DNA of 64,000 nt from the NCBI RefSeq assembly GCF_003918875.1, contig NW_025766336.1:2604001-2668000 (forward strand), in the 5' to 3' direction. Positions 12,940 to 24,772 of this stretch are shown one piece after another. The position numbers and the translations under genes are program-made. Numbering within the stretch: position 1 is the stretch's first letter; every line of letters begins with the position of its first letter. Source of the DNA: Haliotis rubra (lineage: Eukaryota). The notes beneath the pieces were generated by a model, which saw nothing but the letters and a program-made list of their open reading frames with translations, ran no database searches and was not told the DNA's origin.

Positions 12940-13602
12940 ACAAACTTAAAAATATGTAACAGTATAAACATTACAAGTGTGAACTTGATCCACTATGCCT
13001 TAAGCATGGAGTTCAGTTTCTCAATAGATGTGTTATTGCACATTCGGTAGAAAAAATCAACTTATTTGCCACGGGGGAGTAGTTTGTTACCATTGATATC
13101 CAGTACAAATAAACTCTCTGAAAAACTATAACCATATGCTCATATATATAGACAGCTAATTTATGAAATTATATAATATATATATGAATACAAAAAGTAA
13201 GCGTCCATTTTGAATCTTCATATGACATACAAAAGATATACGGCCTTTGTACCCGATTTGAACCAGTTATAGAGAAAATACGAATATATACTCTCTCAAC
13301 ATCGCTGTACAAATTCATGTGGAACCAAATTTACATAACATTGTGTATGGAAATATTGACAATGACTAGGTTCATACTCACAGTACAAATGTAGCACAAA
13401 CATTGTACCGTCTCCAGCAATGAATTGATCAAACTCACGATAGTCATTGGATATTCACAGCCTGTGTGTCGTCAGTTTTTCCAAAAAGAGTCCTTTCTCT
13501 GCCTCGCTAGCCTCACAGCCACAATAAATAGAAAGACAATTTCCCTGGTTGATACCAGCACGATCAGAGTCGAACACAGTCTGCAAGTGAGAGGAAACGG
13601 GA

Positions 13603-14679
13603 TTAGTTAGCCACCAGCAGGTGCTGCAGCTGGTTTGGGTAGGCCAGAGAAGAACCCAGACCCAGGCCGTCCATGAATGTCTTGTGGCCCTCGGGAGAGA
13701 TGGAATTCAGAGAAGCATTAGTAGAGAGAAGGTCAGGAAAGCCAGGACTGAGGGCCCCCGGGGAGAGATGGCTTGGGGAGTTGTGACGGTAGAGGTCTCC
13801 CAGGAAGGCCCCTGGAGACTGTTGGGTGAACTGGCTGGCCTGGATCAAGCGCTGCTGCTGGTCAAGGAGGAACTCAACCCGGGGGTCCCTGGGGGACAAG
13901 GATCGGGGACGTTGTGGGGCCGGTGGAGTGAAGCTCGGGGTCGTAGATCTCTGTCTGAAGAAGTTCCCAAACTCTGTTGGTGACAACCTTGTTGGCCTTT
14001 TCACGTGCGTCTTCAGCTTAGTGGAACCAAACTTGGTTTGTGCGAATGTGGCAGCTGTGAAACGGGGCTTGCTGCCTCCCTCCTTCTGGAGGAAATTTGG
14101 CGTCGGTGTGGGCGTCGGGACAGGGCTGGCTGAGTTGAAGAGAGCTGTGGAAGGAGACGTAGATGTGCTCCAGCCGCCTGAAGAGTTGGGAGAGGAGGGC
14201 GAAAGGCTGAGATTAGTGAGAGATGACGAGAGAGAGTCTATGGGTTTGAAACATTGTGCCTCGGGGTTGAACCCCTTGCTTGCAGCCTGTACCTCCCTAT
14301 CCACGATAGTCTCAGATTCCTCCTCTTTCTTGTCACTGTAGAGAATCTTGATGACCCCCTTCTCCCCGATCCTGTAGGATACCTCGGATGGGTCAATCCA
14401 AAGGGTCAGCTCCGCTGGAAGGTACCCCTTGACCTCTTCGATGTCCAGACCAGAGTTGAAAGCAGCCATGACGATGACAGGGTCAACCTTTTCTCCATTT
14501 ACACGGATGCATCGGTAGGCTGATCCCTTGAAGGGCTTATCCGGGTACCAGTGTCCCTCAAACTTCTTTTTGAGCCCCTTCTCGAGTTCCTCGGCAAACA
14601 TGTCGACCCGCCTTCGTGGGAGTTTGTTGTAAAGATACGAAATGACGAAGTTGAGTGCTACTGACGTTTCCACGTGCAT
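13603..14679 (-). CDS. Tob: Tob protein (BTG/Tob antiproliferative family; CAF1/CCR4-NOT adaptor), 358 aa, CDS in one exon
   Basis: N-terminus MHVETSVALNFVISYLYNKLPRRRV matches Tob1/2. Also BTG box A (HWYPDKPFKGSAYRCI), box B (LPAELTLWIDPSEVSYRIGE), PAM2 motif (FNPEAQCFKP), Tob-specific FTAATFAQTKFGSTKLK and C-terminal ..LLVAN. True start is the ATG at 14679 (context acgATG), not the GTG at 14688 used by the ORF track. Confidence 0.97.
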   Translation of the reverse strand: MHVETSVALNFVISYLYNKLPRRRVDMFAEELEKGLKKKFEGHWYPDKPFKGSAYRCIRVNGEKVDPVIVMAAFNSGLDIEEVKGYLPAELTLWIDPSEVSYRIGEKGVIKILYSDKKEEESETIVDREVQAASKGFNPEAQCFKPIDSLSSSLTNLSLSPSSPNSSGGWSTSTSPSTALFNSASPVPTPTPTPNFLQKEGGSKPRFTAATFAQTKFGSTKLKTHVKRPTRLSPTEFGNFFRQRSTTPSFTPPAPQRPRSLSPRDPRVEFLLDQQQRLIQASQFTQQSPGAFLGDLYRHNSPSHLSPGALSPGFPDLLSTNASLNSISPEGHKTFMDGLGLGSSLAYPNQLQHLLVAN

Positions 14680-14771
14680 CGTTACCACTGTCTATATCAC
14701 ACTGTGTCAGGTATAAAAAGGTTTCTCCTTACGGGTTCAAGCAGCTCTCTTCAGTAAGTTGATGCTCAAAT

Positions 14772-14793
14772 CTGAAATACAAAAACAGAATCC
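14772..14793 (-). other. Splice acceptor for the coding (last) exon of Tob; exon begins at 14771
   Basis: Minus strand reads ggattctgtttttgtatttcag|atttgagc: pyrimidine tract plus CAG, 92 nt upstream of the ATG. Same architecture as vertebrate TOB genes (5'UTR intron, one coding exon). Confidence 0.75.
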
Positions 14794-16883
14794 TGAAGTA
14801 TACGGTAAAGTAAAAAGCGTTTAAACTATCCATCGAAATTGTTAAATATGTAACAAACAATACACACCCATACATACAGCGATTTACAATCACGGGCTCA
14901 ATCTGGGCCCGAAAGGGAAACTGTCTGACCCTGAACAAGGACAGAGAAAAAAGTCCAACGAGATTCACGTAAACCAATCTAATTCCTGACAGCTATCCTC
15001 TTTGACGATCATCCATCAGCAGAGGCCATTGCCAACTACCGCCTGCCAATTCACCGTGAATATATACAACACATGTAACAAGCGTGCGAGTGAATGGGAA
15101 AGTATGCCTCATAGCAACACAACCCCATCCTCCATAGATAAGTGAGAGTATTATCAGGAGGAATGAACACTTGGCCTTGGATCCTATGTCAACTAAACCT
15201 CCCTCACGGGTTACCAAGGCCCGCTCGCATATCACTGCACTAACCCTTACAGCGGCAGAGCCAACACCGGCATTCGTAGTTGGCTACAACACCACGACAT
15301 TACAACACGTCAGCGGTACACGCAATCACCAATTGTGTATCTTCACTCTTATCCTCACCATACTACAAGAGCACGTTCAGAACATGAGTGGACTGAAATC
15401 TACGTCAGCATAAGACGAGTTAAATTTATGCTGATATGGCACTTGTTAAGTCAAAATTCCATTAGAACCATATGTCAGCGGCCATGTGTTCCCAGTTAAA
15501 GTTAATAGCTAAATGCCTCAACATGCCATCGGAGTATTCACAACCTATACTTGACTGCAGAAATAACCATGTATTTTCCTCGAAAATGCCTAGGTGGACA
15601 CATATGTTCGGTTGGGACGTACCTGAATATTAAGGAGATAGACGGGGAAATACAATCTGGCTGGCCATCGATTGAGTGCGGAACATATGCTACATACGAT
15701 AACATGAACTATTTAGCGAAATGTGAATAGACACCACGTGACATAAACTCTCACTGGGTCTGATTGCCCTTATCAACATCAGAATTAATCAACATGCTAA
15801 AAGAAAATGCCGAGCACCACACAGAATCAATACCCTGCTGAGTTAATTACTGTCCTTACTAATTAACTGTTATAACCAGCTGCGTCGAAAAAAATCACAC
15901 CATCAGCGTGATTATATGTGTACGTACATATATAATATTCAGAATATAAACGGTCTTAACAGACATTGTAACAGCATGTTACACTGTTCGTACGTATATG
16001 CTGAAGAAAAAGAGATAACGTGTATGGCCAGTTCCCACTGGGACAAGCTGTGCTATGCGAGGGCGGTTTGTTACAGATGGTATCACGTGGAGATACAGCA
16101 CAGAAACTGCATCCTAAACCAAGGTGTGTCGGATGTATTGCTATAACCTGCAGGTAGGCAGCATGTAGCATGTGGCGAAAACGGAATCCAACTAAATCCG
16201 CTACAAGAGAACCACTGCGTGGCATCCAAGCATATGTGGACAGTTAAAAGACGAAAGATAAACGGCTCGAGTTACTAAGTCGTGACATATTCTATTTTAT
16301 CACTGACACAAATAGGACAGCAAAACAATCATTTACACCGATAAAGAAAGTGAACTCGCCGATGAGAACAGGGCTGTTTTAAAAGCTTCTATTTTTTTAA
16401 CAAGTTTAGAACTGTCAAGTTAAGCCTCTGTCCCTGATCGAGCAACCTTGTCTAACCCCCTATCAAACTTGCTATATTAAAACCGCCTGGGGCACGAACA
16501 TGCAATACTTACAGGTGATAGGATGTCGTACACTGTGCGTTCTGACAGCACAGGGCCTCCTTGGGTGTATGAAGGCACACGAAGGCGATAGAGGCATAAA
16601 TATAGCACTCTATGACGTCAGAGGAGACGTAATGCCAACAGCATGTGAACATACGGTGCCATGTAAGGCCGGAGAATAATAACTTACCATTCTAGGCTCT
16701 CGCCATTGCCATGCAATGCTACACGTAAGTTGTCATTTCATTTATAAGTCAGTTTTGGTAGCTCTTAAGAAGTTATACTCTTTCCTTTTCAAGTGCAACC
16801 CCCATGCTATGAAACTGCCATATGTTTCGGTTGAGGCCCTGGTTGGAGGGCTGTCTTGTTTTATTGATGAAATAGTGCATGAC

Positions 16884-17069
16884 ACTTACCTTTAAAAGTT
16901 GGAAAGTGAACAATATGTCGTCTGCTACACTCCTTTGAAATGTCCACACTGAGCACGTTGCGTTGAAGCGTGTTGGCGATGAGTGTTGCCACAGCCGACG
17001 CTGAACGGAGTGTACCGTTCACACGACAAACAGGAATATACGCTTCACAGAGATTTTCTGCTATTTAAA
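16884..17069 (-). promoter_or_regulatory. Candidate non-coding first exon and core promoter of Tob
   Basis: Strong donor AAG|GTAAGT at 16884-16892, TATA-like TTTAAATA at 17062-17069 and a full CRE (TGACGTCA) at 16613-16620. Other GTAAGT donors at ~16505 and ~16683 and a TATATATA near 17908 make the exact exon uncertain. Confidence 0.35.
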
Positions 17070-18384
17070 GCAGTCCTGTCTATGAATATTCATGAGTGTA
17101 GGGATATTGGATCAGTGAATCCGAGATATAGCCTAAATCAGTTACCTGTGCTCTGCACTTGTAGACATAACCAATTACTTGTTTGTTGTCTTTACCACAT
17201 ACCGTTTTTAACAATTAGTGTGTTACACACTTGTGCCGGGTGTTTGTAAACAAGGGACTATATCTTCCCGCGGTGATAGCGGCGTCGTGATGCGGTCTCA
17301 TTCATGTTTCTGGCAATGTTCATAGTAGCAGCTGGAGAATTGTTTGCGTGAATATGCTCTGAAAGACTATGGGCTGGCAATCTACCACGTAAACCTATTC
17401 AGGGCTGACTTTAATGTACGCCTACCTACAAATATAATATATTGACATATTTCATAAGCTATCAATGTCACAATGCTAACATTAATAGTATTGTTACAAA
17501 AACTCACCATTTAACATAGTGAGTCGAATGACGATACACGACAACACTTTTATATGTATCCGAGACATATGGTTAGTACTTTTTCCCATTTGACCGCAGC
17601 ATTTGCGTCAGAAACAAGACACTTTCTTAGACGTATTATTTATTCACTTAAAATGAAAAGCATTTGAATATTACCCAATCAATACCTTGACTGCGACAGT
17701 TTTTACCACTTCCCCGTGTATATTACATTGTACATTATGAATAAACCATATATGCCCTGTAGGTATACGTCAGTTCATGGGAAGATCCCGTCAACTTCAA
17801 TAACCTGAAATCGACGTTATTTTGGTCTGACTGAATCGATGTCTCGGAAGCGCGGTGAGATGAACACACATGAGAGATAACGTGGAGGGAAGGGGGAGAG
17901 AACGTCCTCTATATATAGACTCAGATCAATAGTAGTCCCCGTGGCAAGCGTTCGATGAGCACGTTTCTTGTTACTCGAAAGGGGTAGAGGGGTGACAAGA
18001 CGCATCTCCGGCAACATTCTTACATAATCACAAAACCAATTATTTCCATATGATTGCTCATTATTGAAAGTCTAATTAGACGTTTAATCCGTGTAACGGT
18101 AATTATTATTGATTTATGCCATAGAAACCGAGCGTAAATCTTTTGTGTATATTCCGATAGTATCAAGTAATTCTGTTCGCTCGTGTCATGCAGCCAAACA
18201 TATTGCGGTGCACCATTAGGTGTGAGTTAAGACTGTGTGTGGTCAGTTACAGTACAAAGATTACTTATTACCGTGACAGTGTGATGAAAGAATACACAAT
18301 ACATCAATACATCATAGGCTTCGAAACTGACTGGTTGAAACGGTGTGTGGAAGATAAAGTGGTAGTAAGGCGTATGTAATAAAT

Positions 18385-18889
18385 GTTGGGATTGTTTTAC
18401 GCCGCTTTAGCAATATTCCAGCAATAGCATGGCGGGGGACACCTGAAATTGGTTTCAAACCCATTTGGGGATTCGAACCAGGGTCTTGGGCGTGACGAGC
18501 GAACGGTTTCATCGCCAGGCTACCCACCACTACTCGGATGAAAGAACAATGTTCGCCATTACCGGAGGTTTTGTTAATCCAGAGAACACTTATAATTGAA
18601 AAGTGTGTGGGGTGGGGTGGGGGTGGGGGTGACCCTCCCTCTCTCACTGTGGATGGATGTTTATGTAATATGTGGGTATAATAAATCCCCCCTCTCTCTC
18701 TGTGCGCGTGCGTGTGTGTTTGTGTGTGTGTGAGAGAGAGAGAGCAAGTGAGTGAGTGAGTTTAGTTTGACGCCGCTTTTAGCAATATTCCAGCAATATC
18801 ACGGCGGGGGACACCAGAAATGGGCTTCATACAATGTGCCCATGTGGGGAATCGAACCCGGGTCTTCGGCGTGACGAGCGAACGCCTTA
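18385..18889 (-). mobile_element. Two SINE family A copies (18385-18530; 18748-18889, running into the gap)
   Basis: Match to the family A consensus. Confidence 0.88.
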
Positions 18890-19892
18890 NNNNNNNNNNN
18901 NNNNNNNNNNNNNNNNNNNNNNNNNNNNNNNNNNNNNNNNNNNNNNNNNNNNNNNNNNNNNNNNNNNNNNNNNNNNNNNNNNNNNNNNNNNNNNNNNNNN
19001 NNNNNNNNNNNNNNNNNNNNNNNNNNNNNNNNNNNNNNNNNNNNNNNNNNNNNNNNNNCATAATGACAGCTATATTTTCGGAAATCAATGCCGAGAACAT
19101 GTCAGATCTCTTAAGTCAGATACCGTGAAAGGTTAACAGAGATGACAAAATGCGTACATATTTGATTTTTAAAAAAATCCGTACAGGATATGAAAGGTAA
19201 ACATGGAGTTTGGGACTTCGTCATTGTGCATGAAAACAAATACCTCTGAGAGATATAAGATCAAACTTTCACATACAGGTAATTACACCCAGAGGGCGTG
19301 AAACATTTACTCACTGTAGGGATAGTGACATATTTAATTCTTCCTGTAATTATCATAATATACACGTAAATATTTCATAATCGCAGTTGACGTGATCCAC
19401 CTCAGCTGTTGTGTTAAATATGCTCGATCAGGTGTGTTTGTGGTGTAGAGGTCACCCGACCCGGGGAGAAGAGCAGCTGGACCCAACAAGGGAGATAATT
19501 GAGCGTTGAAACAATCTGGTGTCCTGCAGTTACATAACGTAATCTCCTTACTGTGGCCCAGTCGGCTTATCAGCAGCTTCGAGACATGAAGCCGGAGAGG
19601 AAAACTGATTAATAATAACAATAATAACAATGACGACGACGACACCAATGATGATGACAGACAGAGTCAGATAGACAGTTTATTTAAGTCTCACCAAGGG
19701 TACACAATATATACATATGATGTCATATTAACAATGGTAACAGTACCCAAGACATTCCTTATAGAATTATGAGAGACTGGGATAATCTAAAATACAAACA
19801 AAACAATATAAGTAAAAGTATATAAAAATGTTACAACATACATAAATATAAAAACGTTCTTCGCGCTAAAATTAGGTGGAGGGTGTTGGTTG

Positions 19893-20005
19893 TATACTCA
19901 TGCCAATAATGGTTGTCACCCCCCTCCCCACCCCACACACACCTCACACCCCACCTCCAATTAAAAAAATTGAAGGGGGTGACAACCATTATTGGCATGA
20001 GTATA
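19893..20005. mobile_element. Tc1/mariner-type MITE
   Basis: Perfect 31-bp inverted repeat (19893-19923 / 19975-20005) including TA, with TACTC termini. Confidence 0.8.
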
Positions 20006-22835
20006 TAATGATGATTAAAATGACTGTATCCACGCACTTGTACATGCTTGTTTTGTTGTAAAATTGGGAGATATACAGTACGAACATACATTAGACTGTA
20101 AAATAGGTAGAAGTGAACATTGAGAAGAGCATTTTATGACTACCCAGTATTATCTGTTGTCAGGAAGACAGTAGGGACATAAGGTTAAAGAAACGTAGAT
20201 CTGAATACTTAAGAGAAAATATATACATGAAGATATGGTCAGTAGCATTTAGTTTGGGAGGATTGTTTATCTAACGTCATATCATTTGGTTGTAACAAGT
20301 CACCTATTCTTTCTACAAGGCTACACACTCTCGCAGCATCCATTTGACCCCTAATAGTTGACCCGGCAAACGTTCGGTCTACTTAACGTTCCAATTAAAT
20401 GTTTGTTTATCATAACGACTAAAACCACCAATCATTACATCAATGAACGTAAAGGAATCAAATTAAACCTGTGCTCGACGTACAGAATCTATAAACGCAC
20501 GCTTACAATGTGTTTGTTTTGAATTAGCCTCCCCCGGATCCCAGTTCGTTTGAAACACCGTCATTCTATTTAACCAGTAGTGTAGACAATAAAATGTCCT
20601 GATCGATAACAAGGTATTATTAGAAGATATATCAATTTGAACTACGCCGAATTTAGATGGAGATCATCAACGCGTGTTTACCTAAAGAATGGCAAGCCCT
20701 AGTGACGCATGCGTGTCGTTCATGACGTCACTGGGGTATCATTTCCCGTGATACCAGCGGCTTCATATCGATATTCTAGCAAGTGAGGCAGATGTACTTT
20801 GCCTCAAAGCCCTGCTAGCAGTGGATCGATGTTGCTTCTCCTTCCCGTCATGTTCTCAACTATTTCCAATTTGTACATGTTTTCAACATAACTTAAACGA
20901 GGGATTGATTTCATGTGCTGTGCCTGTAGGAAATCGACTTGGTGTTAGACTTGTATTGTGCACGTCATCGACGCATATACATTGACGTAACAATATTTGT
21001 TGTAATATACTTAGGATTAATGTGTTTACTGCCATCAGCAGAAAATGGGATTTAATCCATCCATTATCTTATCGTCGTATTTCGTAATGAAGCTTCCGTT
21101 GGGTTTTATAGTCCTTTATAACACTTACACAGGTTCTGTTGTTGCATCCCCACGGAGAATCAATACTTACATACGGCCTGTATCTATCTTGCAGTCCTTG
21201 TAATTGACCGCGTAGTTTCAAGATATATTTTATTGGTTGATAAAGTATCAATGATGATATCTGCAGTTATATTGAAATTACACCCTAAGATTATAGATGC
21301 ATATAGATGTTGATGTACGAGTGAAGAAAGGGATAGGTACATGTACTGACGGGAACATCGTTTTCTTTTACCGGAAGCTGTCAGACGAACCTAATGAGGG
21401 TTATATCCCTTGATTTTGTTACGCGATGTATGCGATATATTTTGCATGTATATTGGAAATGAAAGTGGGACTAACAGTTACCTTGCTTTACTGTCAACAT
21501 CACATGTACCATCATTTCACTTTTATCGCGAAATCATCTTCTAATGGAAGACGATGCAAGTCGAAGATGTCTACTTCCGTGTAGCTCCCACATCAGATGG
21601 TGTTGACAAATGATAGACTTTGTACTGTGAACAGGAAGCAACACGATTGCCTGAAAGGTACTTGACCATATGTTTGATGTAAACCGTGAAGTTTCATATT
21701 CGTGTACATGAATGTAAAACGATTTAGGTTGGAGTTTCAAAGCACTGGACCTATTGCGAGAGTAATGAGATGTCACAATGTGATTTCACTCAACACACCG
21801 ACTATCGTTAATCCAGACAGTTACATGTCCGGAAAGATTGTTTATTGTCAGTCCGTTGAACATATGTGTACATTATCATCTAAATTAAAGTTGGGATCGG
21901 AAGTAGGGGCTCAGAACTACCGAGATCTACAATCTGTTGATTTATTCCACAAATAGTTAATATGTTTCTCTCAAATAAAAAAGAAACCGTTTTTTTCTGT
22001 ATAGCAATGGCTATTAAGAGTTTTAACTCCCCATTCTGAACAAATGGTATTCTTCTGGCCTATATGTCCACAACATTGACCAACAGCGAAGACAGGAGAA
22101 GAGGTTCATTTAAAGATCAGTCACAGCAACAGCAACAGCGCCGGGGTAAACACACACACGTGCAACATCAACAGCACCTACCACAATCGTTCCTCGCTAA
22201 TGCTTGCGCAGCGTTATCTTAGCACGTATCGATCAGAAATCGAACAGGTGGCTGTAATCAGTGTCTATCTCGCACCTCCTGTTGCCGCCATTGATCTGGA
22301 AATAATACCCCTTTGTAACAGTATCGTACTGCATTCAACAGTATGGAGGAAGATAAATATACGCACTCAAGGATGAATGACAATAGCTGGGTAATACACG
22401 CGGAATTCAGTCAACTAGATAGATTAATCAGTCCGTCGTTAGGATTGTTTTCAGTTATATTTCTGTATTTTCAGCGTAGTGCCAACCTCGCACACAGGTG
22501 CGGTGATGGTTCAAGCTGCTGCAGCAGCCGTGGACGCGCGACATCTTGTTGGTTTTGTATATGACAGGGAAAGTTGAATTCCCTGCGTTTAGCTCGTTTC
22601 GACGTTTCTTTCTTAAAGATGCTACTACCAGTGTTACAGATAGGTATTTCCAAATAATTTATCTTAGTATTCAATACCCGAGAAATATTCATTGAGGCTA
22701 AATATACGGGAGACAGAGGGATGTAAACACATATTATATAAACATCAATCCACAGAGAGAGCGATAGGATGTACACACACACACAAATTATATAAACATT
22801 CACACACACACACGCACGCACGCTCTTGTTAAAGA

Positions 22836-23003
22836 GGGGCGGTGGGGTAGCCTAGTGGTTAAAGCGTTGGCTCGTCACGCCGAGGACCCGGGTTCGAATC
22901 CCCACATGGGTACAATGTGTGAAGCCCATTTCTGGTGTCCCCCGCCGTGATGTTGCTGGAATATTGCTAAAAGCGGCGTAAAACCCACTCAGTCAGTCAG
23001 TCA
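22836..23003 (+). mobile_element. SINE family A, near-consensus
   Basis: Intact A and B boxes, (agtc)n tail, TSD tgttaaaga / tgttaagga. Confidence 0.92.
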
Positions 23004-24601
23004 TGTTAAGGATGTACAAATCTACTCTTGACACATTGTGCTCACAAGGCCACGGTTTCTTAAATGTCACATCTCCGGCAACAGCAGTGATTCTATGAAT
23101 ATTTCATCCAGATTGATATCACCGTATACAAATATTGTTTCCTAGTAATCCACCTGGTTCTCCTCATATTACGGGCGATGGAAATTACCACGTCAAAGTG
23201 AGCGAATGTTGTTTCACGTCAGTACTCCACCTACATCACGACGACCCGTCATGAAATCCTGGACTGAAGCTGTGAAGGAGCTCAATTACAAGCCGTGTCA
23301 ATACTTAAAACATGGATGGCGCTGGAAATAAAATTACTATACACCCATTGGCTTAGCATTCAACACAGCCTTGGAGCAAGGCTACTACCCGACCAGCCCT
23401 TTCTGTTATGCTACAGACCCATCTCACTGGGGCTCTTTTTCAGTTTAAAGGGAATGATTTGTTTCTATAAAAATATTATATATATTCATGGACTAAGCGT
23501 GAGTCTACCTTGCCGCCTCGCTAGCAAACNNNNNNNNNNNNNNNNNNNNNNNNNNNNNNNNNNNNNNNNNNNNNNNNNNNNNNNNNNNNNNNNNNNNNNN
23601 NNNNNNNNNNNNNNNNNNNNNNNNNNNNNNNNNNNNNNNNNNNNNNNNNNNNNNNNNNNNNNNNNNNNNNNNNNNNNNNNNNNNNNNNAGCATCATCTGA
23701 TGCATATGCCACAAAACAAACAAAAATGTATTCTTTTCAACTGCTCAAGTCTTCGGTTGGTCTGGCGAGAGGATAGTGACACGAGTCACACGGTTGTTGA
23801 CGTGACCGGGGGTACCAGGTGGCCATCTGTTACCATGGTAACGCCGTCGTAAAATAACAACAGCTTGCCCACACACCCTACAGCTACACATCACGCATGG
23901 GGAGATCAGGCAGGTTTTGTGAAGGAAAATTCAATTTTGTAGAGAAATGCGATCAGCTGTTCAAACGCAATGGACTTAAACAATGAGCCTGACTGCCAGT
24001 ATGTCAAATTCCCTCACAATAGTCAACTGCAACACCTTCCATGTCAGCTGTCGCTGTACGTAACCTACGCAACAGAAACCGCTGTCCTTTCGGTAACGAC
24101 TGCTCTCGTGTTTAATGGGAATATATGTTAGTCCTTCATCGACCCAAGTATAAACGAAACGCCCTGGTCGAAACTCCTTGTAACACTTAAAAAATATCAA
24201 GCACAATTTCTAACACATGCATATTAGTTTGCACTACATTATCGTCTTCATATTAGTTTAACCATTTTTTGTAGTGGGTGCGGGGTTGGGGCACCGGGTG
24301 GGGGGATGGTGCGTGCGTGCGTGCGTGCGTGTGTGTGAAGGGGCCGAAGTGGTGCAGGTCATAGACGTTCGACTTTCGCTCTCTGGAGCACAGTTTGAAC
24401 ATTATAGAAGAGGAGGAACGCCATTGACACAGTTAGATTGTCACCGTTATAGAACATGGCGGTATGTACTTTGGTTTTATGTCACATTCAGCATCAATAT
24501 AGGTACATCGATATGCGATCACTGGATTGTCTAGACCAGACCAGAAAATGTACAGACCGCCATATATCTGCAATATTGCTGAGTGAATCGTCAAACAATA
24601 G

Positions 24602-24772
24602 AGGGCGGTGGGGTAGCCTAGTGGTTAAAGCGTTGGCTCGTCACGCCGAAGACTTGGGTTTGATTCCCCACATGGGTACAATGTGTGAAGCCCATTTCTG
24701 GTGTCCCCTGCCTTGACGTTGCTGGAATATTGCTAAAAGCGGCGTAAAGCCAAACTCAGTCAGTCAGTCAGT
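24602..24772 (+). mobile_element. SINE family A inserted in a decayed family B tail
   Basis: TSD gtcaaacaata; B-like sequence at 24515-24590. Confidence 0.88.

Noticed and set aside
13452-13520. miR-2/K-box sites in the Tob 3'UTR
   Set aside because: tcacagcc matches only an offset seed, not positions 2-7.
13621-14523. Plus-strand ORFs of 89-171 aa
   Set aside because: Antisense shadows of the GC-rich Tob CDS.
22836-22910. tRNA genes
   Set aside because: The tRNA-like heads continue into a SINE body and tail with TSDs; they are not stand-alone tRNAs.
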